64,000 bases of DNA. Source: Planctomycetota bacterium (lineage in GTDB: Bacteria; Planctomycetota; GCA-002687715; DRQF01). A program made the translations under genes and the position numbers. The notes below the pieces were generated by a model that searched no databases, had not been told where the DNA came from, and was given only the letters and a program-made list of their open reading frames with translations. The DNA is taken from the NCBI GenBank assembly GCA_027001995.1, contig JALTLO010000202.1, forward strand, positions 1 through 64,000. The letters are read 5' to 3'. Each line of letters begins with the position of its first letter. Position 1 is the first letter of the stretch. Positions 34,857-45,481 of the stretch are shown here, piece by piece.

Positions 34857-36719
34857 TCAATGTTGGAGGGGGGTTGCTTTCCCTTCTGCTTCCTGAATCC
34901 GATACCAAGCATTGGGAAGAGGAACAGTTATGGTCTCAAGAAGACCGCTGGGCCAGAGGCATTGGATGTCCTTGAGGGATTCGTTCTTGGCCAAGGTCAA
35001 ATGGGCAAAGAGGTCGCTTTGGCATTGGTAGCTGCCACCGCCGTTGATCTCGCGAAGGATCTTGCGTCCGGTGGAAGTGGTGAATGTTAATCTCGCACCA
35101 ATGCCCTGGCGATTTTTCTTGTTTTTGGCTCCTAGTTTGAAACCCCACCATTTTCCCTTGATCTCACAGTCATTGCGAAGGAGTTGGGGGTAATCATCAT
35201 TGTTCGTGATGATGACATCGATACGCCCGTCAAGATTGAAGTCGGCGCAAGCCAGGCTGCGGGACACCAACATACGCCCCAAGGCATGTCCAGCTTCGTC
35301 GGATCTTTCAACGAATCGCAGTGGACTTTTGGCTATGTAGAGTTGATTGGTTTGGGGATAGGAGGTGCCCACGTTGGATTTGATATTGGCTTGAGGATAG
35401 ACATGGCCCGAGGCTACGAAAATGTCAAGGAGACCATCGCAATTGAAATCGTGGATACCAATGCCCCAAGATAGATAAGGGAAGCTGGCAGTCCCCCCCA
35501 AGCCAACCTGGGAAGAACGATCATCAAAGTACATGTTGTCTTTTTGTCCGGCGTTGAGATAGAGGGTGTTGGTGTCGTGTGAAAAGTTTGTGACGAACAA
35601 ATCAGGCATCAAGTCGTCATTGAGGTCCGCTGCTGCCACACCCATGCCCGCCTGATCTTCCCCATCGACATTGCGAGCGGTTTGCCACTCTTGGCTCACC
35701 TCTTGGAACTGGCCATGGCCGTCGTTTTGAAACAACAGATTAGGCCTGGAATCGACAGCCACATAGACGTCCATGTCGCCATCATGATCTAAGTCTGAGG
35801 TGACCACGCCTAAGGAGTAAGCCCCATGTTTTACACCGCGGGAGTTCTTGGGGATGAAACCAAATTTTTCGGTGGCGTCCACATACTTGCCATCTTTCAT
35901 TTCGTAGAAAACGTCATAGGCTTCCGGGAGGCCTCGAGGCCCACAGCAGACTGTCAGTTTGCGCCATTCACAAGGGGCCCCGTTGTGAGGTGGATTTTTG
36001 ACATCGAAATTGACGTAGTTACAGACGTAGAGATCTAAGTCGCCGTCTTGGTCGGCATCAAAAAAGGCTGCACTTGTACTCCAACCGGCGAAGCCACCGC
36101 CAACCTCATCGGTGACATCGCGAAACTTCCCGCTCCCCTTTATATTCCTAAAGAGACGGTTCTTGCCAAATTGAGTGAGATAGATGTCAACATAACCATC
36201 TCCATCGTAGTCGGCAGCGTAGGTGCCGCAGGTCCATTCTGGGCAAGCTAACCCGCTATCCTTGGTGATGTCGGTGAAATGCCAATTGCCGTCATTGCGC
36301 CAAAGGGAATTCTCATAGACGTGGGTGTCCTTTGGGTTTCTCAGTTGTCCACCATTGGCGAAATAGAGATCCAAATCACCGTCATTGTCGAAATCGAAGA
36401 TGGCCACCCCTTGGCCCATGGTTTCCGGAATCCACATCTTGTCTTGGGTGCCTGCTTTGACACGAAATGTGATACCGCCATGATGGGCCATGTCGGAGAA
36501 GTGGATCGGGCCGATGGGATCGTCTTTCGGAGGTTCTGGGGCCATGGTTGTCACCACGGCCTCTTCGGTTGCGGGCTTTCCTGAGGGAGAAACAGTGTCA
36601 CTGCCACCACAGCCAAGGAGCAGCAACGTCAAGAGAGTCAGTGCCGAAAGATCAAGAGATGGTCGCAATGAGTGCACGGTTTTATTTATCCTGTTCGAGC
36701 TCACGTGGGATCTCGCCAT
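34857..36719 (-). CDS. CRTAC1-like FG-GAP repeat / ASPIC-UnbV lipoprotein
   Basis: Lipobox LLGC, repeated D(F/Y/L)DxDGxxD motifs, C-terminal N..GIGAR...GGSY..Q...WPSG. Confidence 0.9.
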   Translation of the reverse strand: MARSHVSSNRINKTVHSLRPSLDLSALTLLTLLLLGCGGSDTVSPSGKPATEEAVVTTMAPEPPKDDPIGPIHFSDMAHHGGITFRVKAGTQDKMWIPETMGQGVAIFDFDNDGDLDLYFANGGQLRNPKDTHVYENSLWRNDGNWHFTDITKDSGLACPEWTCGTYAADYDGDGYVDIYLTQFGKNRLFRNIKGSGKFRDVTDEVGGGFAGWSTSAAFFDADQDGDLDLYVCNYVNFDVKNPPHNGAPCEWRKLTVCCGPRGLPEAYDVFYEMKDGKYVDATEKFGFIPKNSRGVKHGAYSLGVVTSDLDHDGDMDVYVAVDSRPNLLFQNDGHGQFQEVSQEWQTARNVDGEDQAGMGVAAADLNDDLMPDLFVTNFSHDTNTLYLNAGQKDNMYFDDRSSQVGLGGTASFPYLSWGIGIHDFNCDGLLDIFVASGHVYPQANIKSNVGTSYPQTNQLYIAKSPLRFVERSDEAGHALGRMLVSRSLACADFNLDGRIDVIITNNDDYPQLLRNDCEIKGKWWGFKLGAKNKKNRQGIGARLTFTTSTGRKILREINGGGSYQCQSDLFAHLTLAKNESLKDIQCLWPSGLLETITVPLPNAWYRIQEAEGKATPLQH

Positions 36720-36748
36720 TATGGGGCTGAAGCGGTACAATCACCACC

Positions 36749-38275
36749 ATGAAACCAAGTATGACCTCTGTCTTTATAACATATGAAGCGGTTCCATTCG
36801 CCAAAGTTGGTGGTCTCGCTGATGTCGCAGGTGCGCTGCCCGATGCCTTGGGCAGGGTCGGATGCGAAACCACCGTGATTATGCCTCGCTTTGGTGACAT
36901 CGGAATCGAAGAGTTTGGCCTGAAGGAAGTGGAGATTCCCGGGGATTGGTATGTGGGAATCGACTATGAGCATCATCCCTTTCGAGTCTGGGAGTCCCGT
37001 CTGCCCGGGGATACAAGGGTTCTCTTGCTCGGCGATGATCATTTCTACAAGCGCCAGGGAATCTATAGTGACCAGAATGGAAAACCCTTTGCAGACGAGT
37101 TGGAACGCTGTGTTTTCTTCGCCAAAGGTGCAGTTGAATTGATCAAGTGCCTTGGGTTGGATCCAGATGTGATCCACATCAATGACTACCAAACGGCTCT
37201 CGTGGCTGCCTATGTGCGGGAGACCTATGCAGATGAAGAACGTTTGAAGTCTGCGGCTCTCGTTTATTCCATTCATAACTTGGCTTACCAAGGGGTTTAC
37301 GGGGCAGAGGCCCTTGGGACCATGGGTTTTGATCCGGAACGCTGCAAACCTTTTGATCCCTTTGAATGCCACTCCCATGTCAACCTCATGAAGCTGGGCA
37401 TTCATTTTTCTGATCAAGTCAACACCGTGAGTCCTACTTACGCTGAAGAGATTCTTACCCCCGCATGTGGGGCTGGTTTAGAAGGTGTTTTAGGTTTTGC
37501 TCAAGAGAAACTGCGGGGAATCTTGAATGGGATTGACGATCAAATCTGGAACCCGGCGACGGATCGTTTGATCCCTTACAATTACACCGCCAAGAAACTT
37601 TCCGGCAAGAGAGGTTGCAAAGGGGCATTGCTCAAGAAATTGGAGATCTCTCTCGATCGCTTAGACTCTCCTTTGATTGGCATGGTTGGCAGGCTGGTGG
37701 CGCAGAAAGGACTGGACATCATGGCCCCAGTTTTTGACGACATCGTCTCCATGGGAGCCACCATGGTCATTCTGGGTTCAGGGGCAGAAGAGTTTGAAGA
37801 ATTTCTGGCCAGAAAAGCCGCCGAAAACCCTGGCTGCGTTTCAGCTACCATCGGATTTGACAATGAACTTGCTCATCAGATTACCGCCGCCAGTGACTTT
37901 TTCTTGATGCCTTCTCGCTATGAGCCCTGTGGACTCAATCAACTTTATTCTCTGCGTTACGGGACCATCCCCTTGGTTCGAAAAACAGGAGGCTTAGCGG
38001 ACACGGTGGAAGAGTGGCGAGCCCAAGACGGAAAGGGGGTTGGCTTCTCCTTCTCCGGTTTTGAACCGTCAGACTTGGCCAGCACTGTTTTTCGTGGCAT
38101 TCAAGCTTGGAAAGACAAAAGGCAACGAAGTCTGCTGATTCAGAACGGCATGGCCTGTGATTTTTCATGGAAAAAGAGCGCATTGGGCTACAAGTCCATG
38201 TACGAAGATGCCATAGCCGCGCGACATAAATGGCTCGCGGGAGAAGCGGATGAGAGAGCGAAGTCGGAAACGTAG
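36749..38275 (+). CDS. glgA: Glycogen synthase
   Basis: PFAKVGGLADV, PDVIHINDYQT, SIHNLAYQG, TVSPTYA.EI, GILNGID, RLVAQKG, MPSRYEPCGLNQ, TGGLADTV. Confidence 0.97.
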   Translation: MKPSMTSVFITYEAVPFAKVGGLADVAGALPDALGRVGCETTVIMPRFGDIGIEEFGLKEVEIPGDWYVGIDYEHHPFRVWESRLPGDTRVLLLGDDHFYKRQGIYSDQNGKPFADELERCVFFAKGAVELIKCLGLDPDVIHINDYQTALVAAYVRETYADEERLKSAALVYSIHNLAYQGVYGAEALGTMGFDPERCKPFDPFECHSHVNLMKLGIHFSDQVNTVSPTYAEEILTPACGAGLEGVLGFAQEKLRGILNGIDDQIWNPATDRLIPYNYTAKKLSGKRGCKGALLKKLEISLDRLDSPLIGMVGRLVAQKGLDIMAPVFDDIVSMGATMVILGSGAEEFEEFLARKAAENPGCVSATIGFDNELAHQITAASDFFLMPSRYEPCGLNQLYSLRYGTIPLVRKTGGLADTVEEWRAQDGKGVGFSFSGFEPSDLASTVFRGIQAWKDKRQRSLLIQNGMACDFSWKKSALGYKSMYEDAIAARHKWLAGEADERAKSET

Positions 38276-38361
38276 AAAGAGTCAATGGGCCATGGCTGAG
38301 GTCTCTGGTGGTGGAGAGAAAGCAAGGGTGTTTGCCGGGTTGTTTTGTGTCATTCCGTTGG

Positions 38362-39366
38362 CTAGTCCAAAGTCTTCCAATTGACCATGGCCCGAACGGG
38401 AAGATCGAGACCTGAGAATTCTTGGCGCTTGAAGTCTTCGTGGGCGATGCCCGCAACCATGGCGGCGTTGTCGGTGCAGAGGGGGATGGAAGGGTAGTAG
38501 ATCTCGATTCCCATTTTCTCTCCTTCTTCCTCGAAGGCCTGTCTGATCTGCTTGTTGGCGGCGGCTCCCCCGCAGAGAAGGACCTTCTTGTGGCCCAGTT
38601 TCGCTGCGGCAGGCATGGTTTTTTTGACCAAGACCTCAGAGATAGCCAACAATAAAGAGGCGGCGACGTCGGCTTTCTTGAGTTCGGGGTTGTCGCGTAG
38701 GGCATAGAGCACAGCGGTCTTAAGCCCTGAGAAGGAGAAGCGCAACTCGGGCTTTCTGAGCATGGGGCGGGGCAATTTGAGGCCCTTGGGGTCGCCCGTG
38801 AGTGCTAGCTCCTGCAATGCTGGGCCCGCTGGCATGGGAAGCCCCAGAAATCGACCGCACTTGTCAATACACTCGCCCACAGCATCGTCCAAAGTTCCAC
38901 CCAGAACCACATACTCTCGATGTGCCTGGCAATCCATGACCATGGTGTTGGCCCCAGAAATGAGGAGGCTGGTAAAAGGATAGTGCAATGCCTTATGTTC
39001 CATAAGACCGGCATGAATGTGGGCCTCAAGGTGATTGACACCAATCAGTGGTTTCCCGAGTGCTTGAGATAGGGCCTTGGCGACGGTGACCCCTATGAGC
39101 AAGGATCCAACGAGCCCCGGTTTGTGAGAAACCGCCACATAGTCGATGTCTTCGAATCGCTTTCCCATGCTTCCCAGAGCTTCTCGGACCAAGGGAAAAA
39201 TCATTTCAACGTGGAGACGAGAAGCACGCTCCGGAATTACACCACCAAACTCGGCGTGTTCGGCAAACTGGCTGACCGTCAAGTTGGCATCGATCTGAAC
39301 ACCATCGGTCACTAAAGCCACGGCGGTGTCGTCGAAGGACGTGTCAATTCCTAACCCCAGGGTCAT
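38362..39366 (-). CDS. tsaD: tRNA t6A37 threonylcarbamoyltransferase TsaD
   Basis: GIDTSFDDT, GGVIPERASRLH, PGLVGSL, VNHLEAH, TLDDAVGE..DK, FSFSGLKT, CTDNAAM. Confidence 0.97.
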   Translation of the reverse strand: MTLGLGIDTSFDDTAVALVTDGVQIDANLTVSQFAEHAEFGGVIPERASRLHVEMIFPLVREALGSMGKRFEDIDYVAVSHKPGLVGSLLIGVTVAKALSQALGKPLIGVNHLEAHIHAGLMEHKALHYPFTSLLISGANTMVMDCQAHREYVVLGGTLDDAVGECIDKCGRFLGLPMPAGPALQELALTGDPKGLKLPRPMLRKPELRFSFSGLKTAVLYALRDNPELKKADVAASLLLAISEVLVKKTMPAAAKLGHKKVLLCGGAAANKQIRQAFEEEGEKMGIEIYYPSIPLCTDNAAMVAGIAHEDFKRQEFSGLDLPVRAMVNWKTLD

Positions 39367-40049
39367 CGAAGATCCTCCGGTTTTTTGGCTTTCCGCCCCA
39401 CGTTAAAAGCACGCAAGTAGAGGGGCTGCACTTCATTGAATTGAGGGATCTCATCAATTTCTGCCAGTCGGTATGCGTGTCGAGCCAGGCAAATAGCGGC
39501 TGAGTCGTGGTTCGTGATCATCGACGCGCCGGCAACAGGCGTCTTGAGGTTGGGGTCGACGAATATTCGTGGTGTGTCGGCGCACCATGTCGCCAGTTCA
39601 TCAGCGCCCTCAGCCACTTCTAATGAACCCTGAAGAACCGGCCTGCCACTCACATTCTGAAACCGACCCAAGAATGTACTTTCCTTAAAGCCCTGCACCA
39701 CCACTGAGAACGCGCCGGAGAGATCTGGTTTTGTCGCCAATGCTCGAACGGCCATAATGGTGACGGCATCAATGCCGATAACGGGTTGGTTGAGGGCCAT
39801 GGCAAATGTCTTCATCATGCTCAGGCCAATGCGAAGACCAGTGAACGACCCAGGCCCCGCGCAAGTAGCAAAAAGGTCGATATCCGCCAGGGCGAAGCCA
39901 TGGCTTGATAGAAGCTCTTCCAGAAGGCCAAATACGGCGTCGCTGGGTGGATGCTCGTGGGCTTCGTGATAGGTCGCCAAGACTTCTTGGTTGCAGAGAA
40001 CGGCCAAGCTTGTGGCGGGGGACGATGTGTCGACGCCTAAGATGAGCAT
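39363..40049 (-). CDS. tsaB: tRNA threonylcarbamoyl adenosine modification protein TsaB
   Basis: ILGVDTS, GPGSFTGLRIG, C-terminal PLYLR. Lies between tsaE and tsaD with overlaps. Confidence 0.93.
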   Translation of the reverse strand: MLILGVDTSSPATSLAVLCNQEVLATYHEAHEHPPSDAVFGLLEELLSSHGFALADIDLFATCAGPGSFTGLRIGLSMMKTFAMALNQPVIGIDAVTIMAVRALATKPDLSGAFSVVVQGFKESTFLGRFQNVSGRPVLQGSLEVAEGADELATWCADTPRIFVDPNLKTPVAGASMITNHDSAAICLARHAYRLAEIDEIPQFNEVQPLYLRAFNVGRKAKKPEDLR

Positions 40050-40525
40050 GAGCTTCTTACCTCAGTGAGGACCTTGTGGTATTGTTGGCCACCGGCGGTC
40101 AAAACAATCTTGCGATTCTCCGGGTTTTCTCCTGGGAAGAACTCAATGTGAAGATATTCCTCTGGCTTCAATAGATCCTTGGCGCCACGGGGCCACTCCA
40201 AAACGGTGACACCATTTTCCTGGAATAGGAATTCCTCAAAGTCCAAGCTGTAGATGGCGTCTGGTTTTTCCAAGCGATAGAGGTCAACGTGAAAAATGGG
40301 GCAACGAGCGTCGTCGTAGTGGTGGACGAGGGTGTAGGAGGGGGACAGAACTTGCTCCTCATCACGTCCATCCAAGCCCAAGTAGACCCCCTTGGTCAAA
40401 AGAGTTTTGCCTGAACCCAATTCGCCTTCCAAGAGAAGGACACTGGGCACGTCCAGATGTTTGCCGATACGCACACCCAACTCGTGGGTGTCACTTGGGG
40501 AATGAGATTGTAGTTCGATCCTCAT
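40037..40525 (-). CDS. tsaE: tRNA t6A37 ATPase TsaE
   Basis: LEGELGSGKT, SPSYTLV, HVDLYRL, LEWP. Start at MRIEL. Confidence 0.95.
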   Translation of the reverse strand: MRIELQSHSPSDTHELGVRIGKHLDVPSVLLLEGELGSGKTLLTKGVYLGLDGRDEEQVLSPSYTLVHHYDDARCPIFHVDLYRLEKPDAIYSLDFEEFLFQENGVTVLEWPRGAKDLLKPEEYLHIEFFPGENPENRKIVLTAGGQQYHKVLTEVRSSCSS

Positions 40526-40620
40526 GGGGAGGATTTTGTTGCCTTGGCGGGAGGGGCTCAAGGCTTTTTTCTCCCTCATTGTTCAAACATGTCGGCCCTG
40601 GAGGCAGAATTCACTTTTCT

Positions 40621-42162
40621 CTATCGTGCCGAGCCAATCTCGACAAATTTTCCACCGGTGATGCGGGCGATTTCTGCCATGAGTTGGCGGCCAACACCAT
40701 TCAGCTCATAGGCAATCGTGTGAATCACAACTTGTCCATTGGAGTGGTAGCGCTCGATTTGATCGGTGATCTCTTCGAGCGCGACTAAGTAGCCCGTTGA
40801 CGGGTCTCCATCTGAGAGAAAGAAAACAGTGTCAGCGATAGGCTTCAATTTGCCGGTAAAAGTCGAGACCTTGCCGTCTTTGAAGCCGTAAATGTAACGC
40901 AGGGCGCCGAAGGTGTTAGTCTCGCCTCTTCGCCAACCTTCCTTGGTGTATTCAGAACTGCCCGTCGGAGAAGAATAGGGTTCTAACTTCTCGATCCATT
41001 TTACCGCTTCAGCGATTGATCCTGGACCCCAACGGACAGGGCTTTTCTTGAACGCCTTGATGCGGGTTTCGAAGGCGACGATGTTAAAATAGGTCTTCTT
41101 GTCTAGGGTTTTGACGATGCGAATCAACTCCTCTTTAGCTAAGTCAATTCGTCGGGCGGTGCGCCACTTTTGTGAACGTCCTTTGCGGTTCTTCACTTTA
41201 TAGCGCATGACGTTAGCCATGCTTGCTGAGACATCGACAATGAAAGAGATGTGTTTCGATCTGGTTTTGATCTCATGAAAAGAAGGCGTGTCGTCTAAGC
41301 CGTACTTCTTCGCATCTGCGGAATTGTCAATGACTTCATCTGGGACCTTCCATCTCCTCTTGACCCTCTCCCACCAGTTGATCCAAGTCGTTGGGTTGTG
41401 GCTGAACTGGCGATTGGTGATTTTCATCAGGCAATCGCGACAGTCCGTTTGGAGGCGACCTTGAGCGCTTGAAAAGAAATCGAGGACGAAGGGAATTGAT
41501 TCTTTCGATCGCAGCTGACCAAGGGCTTGCAAGGCGCTGGTTTGAACTTCTCGTTTACTGTGTTGGAGAAGACCCCAGATTGGTTTGGCAAACTTGGGGT
41601 CTTCAGTGGCACCAGCCATATAGATGGCAGCACAGATGACACCCTGTTTCTTATGGGTGTAATATTGTTCGACGAAAGCCATGGCTTTTTTCGAGTGAGT
41701 CCGGGCCAGGGCGCGGAAAGCGGCAATGAGGACCAAGGGTTTCTTTTCGTCTTGGATCAATGCAACGATGGCATCTTCGTTCTTTTCATCCTCCATCCGC
41801 CCAATGGCTCGGACGCATCCTTCCCGAACATGGGGGTTCTTGCTGTTGAATCCGACGGTTGTGATGAGGGCAATAGCTTGCGGATCTTCCTTGGTGGCCA
41901 AGGCCCAAGTGGCGCGGGCTCGAACCCGGAGCGCCTTGTCGGTCAGCCCCTTCTCGATGATGAGGCGTGCGGACTCCACCCCGTCAATATGCTCGAGGAA
42001 TCCTACCTGAGCAGTTCTTTCCCCTACATCTTTTGACTTGATGTATTTGCTGAAATCTTTCAATTGCTCTTGTTGTTGAGCAGTTAAGGAAGACGATTCT
42101 TGAGCGCAAATTGAACTCAGGAGCAAGCAGGTAGAAAAAATCAGAGCTCGTAGGGCTGGCAT
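40621..42162 (-). CDS. Secreted HEAT-repeat + von Willebrand factor A domain protein
   Basis: Signal peptide, HEAT repeats (VRARATWAL, VREGCVRAIG), MIDAS DVSASM...GETNT...LSDG, IARITGG. Confidence 0.88.
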   Translation of the reverse strand: MPALRALIFSTCLLLSSICAQESSSLTAQQQEQLKDFSKYIKSKDVGERTAQVGFLEHIDGVESARLIIEKGLTDKALRVRARATWALATKEDPQAIALITTVGFNSKNPHVREGCVRAIGRMEDEKNEDAIVALIQDEKKPLVLIAAFRALARTHSKKAMAFVEQYYTHKKQGVICAAIYMAGATEDPKFAKPIWGLLQHSKREVQTSALQALGQLRSKESIPFVLDFFSSAQGRLQTDCRDCLMKITNRQFSHNPTTWINWWERVKRRWKVPDEVIDNSADAKKYGLDDTPSFHEIKTRSKHISFIVDVSASMANVMRYKVKNRKGRSQKWRTARRIDLAKEELIRIVKTLDKKTYFNIVAFETRIKAFKKSPVRWGPGSIAEAVKWIEKLEPYSSPTGSSEYTKEGWRRGETNTFGALRYIYGFKDGKVSTFTGKLKPIADTVFFLSDGDPSTGYLVALEEITDQIERYHSNGQVVIHTIAYELNGVGRQLMAEIARITGGKFVEIGSAR

Positions 42163-42256
42163 TCACATTCTCCAATAGGGAACAAGAGTATAGTGAATTC
42201 CTATGTCATGGCAGGCATGGCAACCACATTTTCCAGAACTTCGGAGGATTGTGCGT

Positions 42257-44335
42257 TCAAGTGCGGAGGACACAGCTTCCATACAAGCTGTCGATAGCAT
42301 TGAGCAGAGTTTCTGGGCGGACCGGTTTGCGCAGGCATTTCCTGATGTTCCAACGATCTCTTTCTTCTTGACTTACACTGATTCCCGTGGGCAACAAGAG
42401 GATGAGGTTGGGGAGGAGATCATGTTCTTGGCCAACAATGGACCTAAGAAATTCATCTAAATCCAAGTGCTTTCGGCTCAGGTCGATGATGACATCGAAA
42501 GATTGCTCTGTGCTTGTGACCTGAGTCTTGTCCAGTTGAGAAACAGTCTCGATGGTTGCACCCCAAGAGCTGAGCTGCTGAGAAAGCAAGGAGTTTATGG
42601 CTTCGGTGTCTGTCCATAAACTGATGTGCCGTGAGGCCAGCCGGCTTGCCAATTTCGGTGCTCGGATTCGCCGTTCTGTCTTGAAGCGGATGGAAGCCCA
42701 GAAAGTGCTTCCTCTTTCTAATTCACTGCTGACACCAACTTCGCCATCCATGAGTTCGATGAGACGCTTGGCAATCGTCAAGCCCAATCCTGTGCCGCCG
42801 AAATTTCTCGTGACGGAAGAATCCGATTGGGTAAAAGCGGTGAAGAGGCCTCGGAGCTTCTCTGCTGGGATTCCGATTCCCTCATCGTGGACGGACATCT
42901 TAATTAAGCACGATTCTTCGTCTTGCTCCAATGTTTCCAGCCGCAAGTCGATTTTTCCTTGTGAGGTAAATTTCACTGCATTGGAAATGAAGTTGCAAAG
43001 AATTTGCCGGACACGGCTTGGATCGCCCAATACCTGAAAGGGGAGATCTTGACTGGGATGAACCAAGAGATCGATGTTCTTTTCGTGGGCTTTGGCGGCT
43101 GAAAGTTCCACGGCGTCGAAAGCGATCTCGGTGAGGTCGAAGGGCACGGTTTCCAGGTCAACCTGACGGGCTTCAATCTTGGAGAAGTCAAGGATGTCGT
43201 TAATGACATTGAGGAGAGCATCGCCACTGATCTCGATAGTATTGACGTAATCTCTTTGTTCGTCGTCAAGGGAGGTCTCTCGAAGTAAATCGGCCATACC
43301 AAGGACACCGTTGAGGGGCGTTCTGATTTCATGGCTCATGTTAGCCAAGAACTCTCCCTTGGCTTGGTTTGCATCAACAGCTCGAGCTTGGGCAACAGTG
43401 AGGGATTCGTTCAACCTCTCTAAGTGCTCTGTTTTTTCTTCGACTCGAAGTCTTAGGGTTTCGTTCTGTTGTTGAATCGCTGCCTTTTGGCTCTTGAGTT
43501 TGAACCCCATGTCAGTCAGGGACCAAGCCAAGAGACCAATGATGTCATGGGCATCGTCTGTAGGGACCCAATCTGAGTCAATGTCGGCGGAGAGCTCGTC
43601 CATTGATTTCGACAGATTCTTGAGGCGTTTACTAACCAAGATCCTAAAACTCAGGATTAGTACCAGGGATGTGATGAGGAATGTGGCAAGAGCAGCGACA
43701 GCGAAGCCCAAGTTGGATTCTGCCTGCATGGCCCGAAGAGACTCGGTGGGAGCGGTCACCACTAGCATGCTGGTAACGTCGCCGATTTGCCAACCGAAAC
43801 CTTTGGTGTTGCCGTAGTGTGATAGCAAACTCTCTGGCGCATCCTTTGGATTGCCGTGGCACTGCAAACAGCTTTCTTCAACCACAATGGGTGTGGCGAC
43901 GAAGAACTGTTCTTGGCCGTCTCTTTCCCGAAGGCCACTCTTCGATTTGATCTCAGGGGAGGCGGCGAAGGCCGATAGCATGAGTAACTCGTCTTCGCTC
44001 GCTTGGTTCTTGGGGTTGAGGGGGTTTCTTGTGGGCTGGCGGTAAGTGTAACCCGGTCTTCGTTTGCTGAGGGCATCAAAGATGTGACCGGTGACAAATG
44101 TACTTGACTGACCTTCCATCACAAATTCGTCGGTGAGTTCTTTGAGCCGCGGTCGGAGGGTTGTCGTCACGTACGCCCGAGATGATTCGCCGAAACTTGA
44201 CAACAAGTTGGCTTCATCTTCGAGCTTTTGCAGCAGTTGTGCATCTTGCCGTTGGGAGATGACATAGAGGCTAATGCCAATGCCAGTTCCCAAAACGGTC
44301 AGAGCAATGAGCGCAAATTTGTATGTGAGCTTCAT
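42257..44335 (-). CDS. Hybrid sensor histidine kinase with periplasmic DUF3365 (c-type heme) domain, HAMP, HisKA, HATPase and one degenerate receiver domain
   Basis: Two TM helices, [10 protein letters not shown] and [41 protein letters not shown]-terminal KPV. Confidence 0.92.
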   Translation of the reverse strand: MKLTYKFALIALTVLGTGIGISLYVISQRQDAQLLQKLEDEANLLSSFGESSRAYVTTTLRPRLKELTDEFVMEGQSSTFVTGHIFDALSKRRPGYTYRQPTRNPLNPKNQASEDELLMLSAFAASPEIKSKSGLRERDGQEQFFVATPIVVEESCLQCHGNPKDAPESLLSHYGNTKGFGWQIGDVTSMLVVTAPTESLRAMQAESNLGFAVAALATFLITSLVLILSFRILVSKRLKNLSKSMDELSADIDSDWVPTDDAHDIIGLLAWSLTDMGFKLKSQKAAIQQQNETLRLRVEEKTEHLERLNESLTVAQARAVDANQAKGEFLANMSHEIRTPLNGVLGMADLLRETSLDDEQRDYVNTIEISGDALLNVINDILDFSKIEARQVDLETVPFDLTEIAFDAVELSAAKAHEKNIDLLVHPSQDLPFQVLGDPSRVRQILCNFISNAVKFTSQGKIDLRLETLEQDEESCLIKMSVHDEGIGIPAEKLRGLFTAFTQSDSSVTRNFGGTGLGLTIAKRLIELMDGEVGVSSELERGSTFWASIRFKTERRIRAPKLASRLASRHISLWTDTEAINSLLSQQLSSWGATIETVSQLDKTQVTSTEQSFDVIIDLSRKHLDLDEFLRSIVGQEHDLLPNLILLLPTGISVSQEERDRWNIRKCLRKPVRPETLLNAIDSLYGSCVLRT

Positions 44336-44453
44336 GTACCTATTTTCGGAGAGATGCACGGTCAATCTGAAAAGTAAGGTCTGGGGGTATTCACCTACGA
44401 ATGCGAAGGCACCGTTTATTTTTTGGGTTTTCAGTCATGTTTGCCCTCTGGGA

Positions 44454-45446
44454 CTAAGGTTGAATTTTCTCTAAGAGATCTTCTAACACCCGGTCCGTAG
44501 TCATGCCTTCAGCCTCCCCTTCGAAATTCAGAATGAGGCGATGACGGAGACTGGGAATTGCAGAACGGCGTATGTCATCGAAGGCGACATTCTGACGACC
44601 ATCCATGAGGGCTCGAACTTTTGCTGTCAGGATCATGGATTGGCCGCCTCGGGGGCTGGCACCGAAACGAACAAATTTGCGGACGTTGTCTGTGGCTTTG
44701 GGGCTTTCCGGGTGGGTAGCCATGATGAGAGATGCGACGAATTCATGGACAGCATCAGCCACCAAAATTTCTCGGGCTAAGGCGCGCATGTCCAAGATGC
44801 GTTTGCCGTTGAGGACGGGGGTTAGCGAGGCTTCTTCGTTGGTGGTTGTGCGGCTGAAAATCGCTACGAGTGTTTCTTGACTCGGAAAATCTACCGACAG
44901 TTTGAATAGGAAACGATCAAGCTGGGCTTCTGGCAGGGGGTAAGTGCCTTCCATTTCAATGGGGTTTTGGGTGGCCAAGACAAAGAAAGGTTGGGGCAAT
45001 TGATGTTGGACACCGCTGACGGTGCATGTGGCCTCTTGCATGGATTCCAATAGTGCACTTTGGGTCTTGGGGGTGGCTCGATTGATTTCATCTGCCAGAA
45101 CGATGCTGGCGAAGATGGGCCCTTTTTGAAACTTAAAATTGCGGGTGCCAGATTCGTCCTCAACAACAATGTTGGTCCCCGTGATGTCTGCGGGCATGAG
45201 GTCTGGGGTAAACTGGACTCGGGAGAAGGGGAGGTCAACGGCCTGGGCCAAAGTCTTGACCAAGAGGGTTTTTCCCAATCCGGGTACACCTTCCAAGAGG
45301 ATGTGACCGCCGGCAAAAACCCCCACAATGACATCTTCCACCAAGTTGTCTTGGCCCACGATCATTTTGCCGATTTCAGTTTTCAGAGCGGCAACGTCCT
45401 GGTGAAAGGATTCGATTTGGGCGGCGATCTCGTTTGTGTCTGTCAT
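44454..45446 (-). CDS. moxR: MoxR family AAA+ ATPase
   Basis: LEGVPGLGKT, RVQFTPDLMPADITG, LADEINRATPKTQSALLE, ATQNPIEMEGTYPLPEAQLDRF. Confidence 0.96.
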   Translation of the reverse strand: MTDTNEIAAQIESFHQDVAALKTEIGKMIVGQDNLVEDVIVGVFAGGHILLEGVPGLGKTLLVKTLAQAVDLPFSRVQFTPDLMPADITGTNIVVEDESGTRNFKFQKGPIFASIVLADEINRATPKTQSALLESMQEATCTVSGVQHQLPQPFFVLATQNPIEMEGTYPLPEAQLDRFLFKLSVDFPSQETLVAIFSRTTTNEEASLTPVLNGKRILDMRALAREILVADAVHEFVASLIMATHPESPKATDNVRKFVRFGASPRGGQSMILTAKVRALMDGRQNVAFDDIRRSAIPSLRHRLILNFEGEAEGMTTDRVLEDLLEKIQP

Positions 45447-45481
45447 GGGTTTTCCTTCTTGGACTCAGTCTAAGCCCTAAT

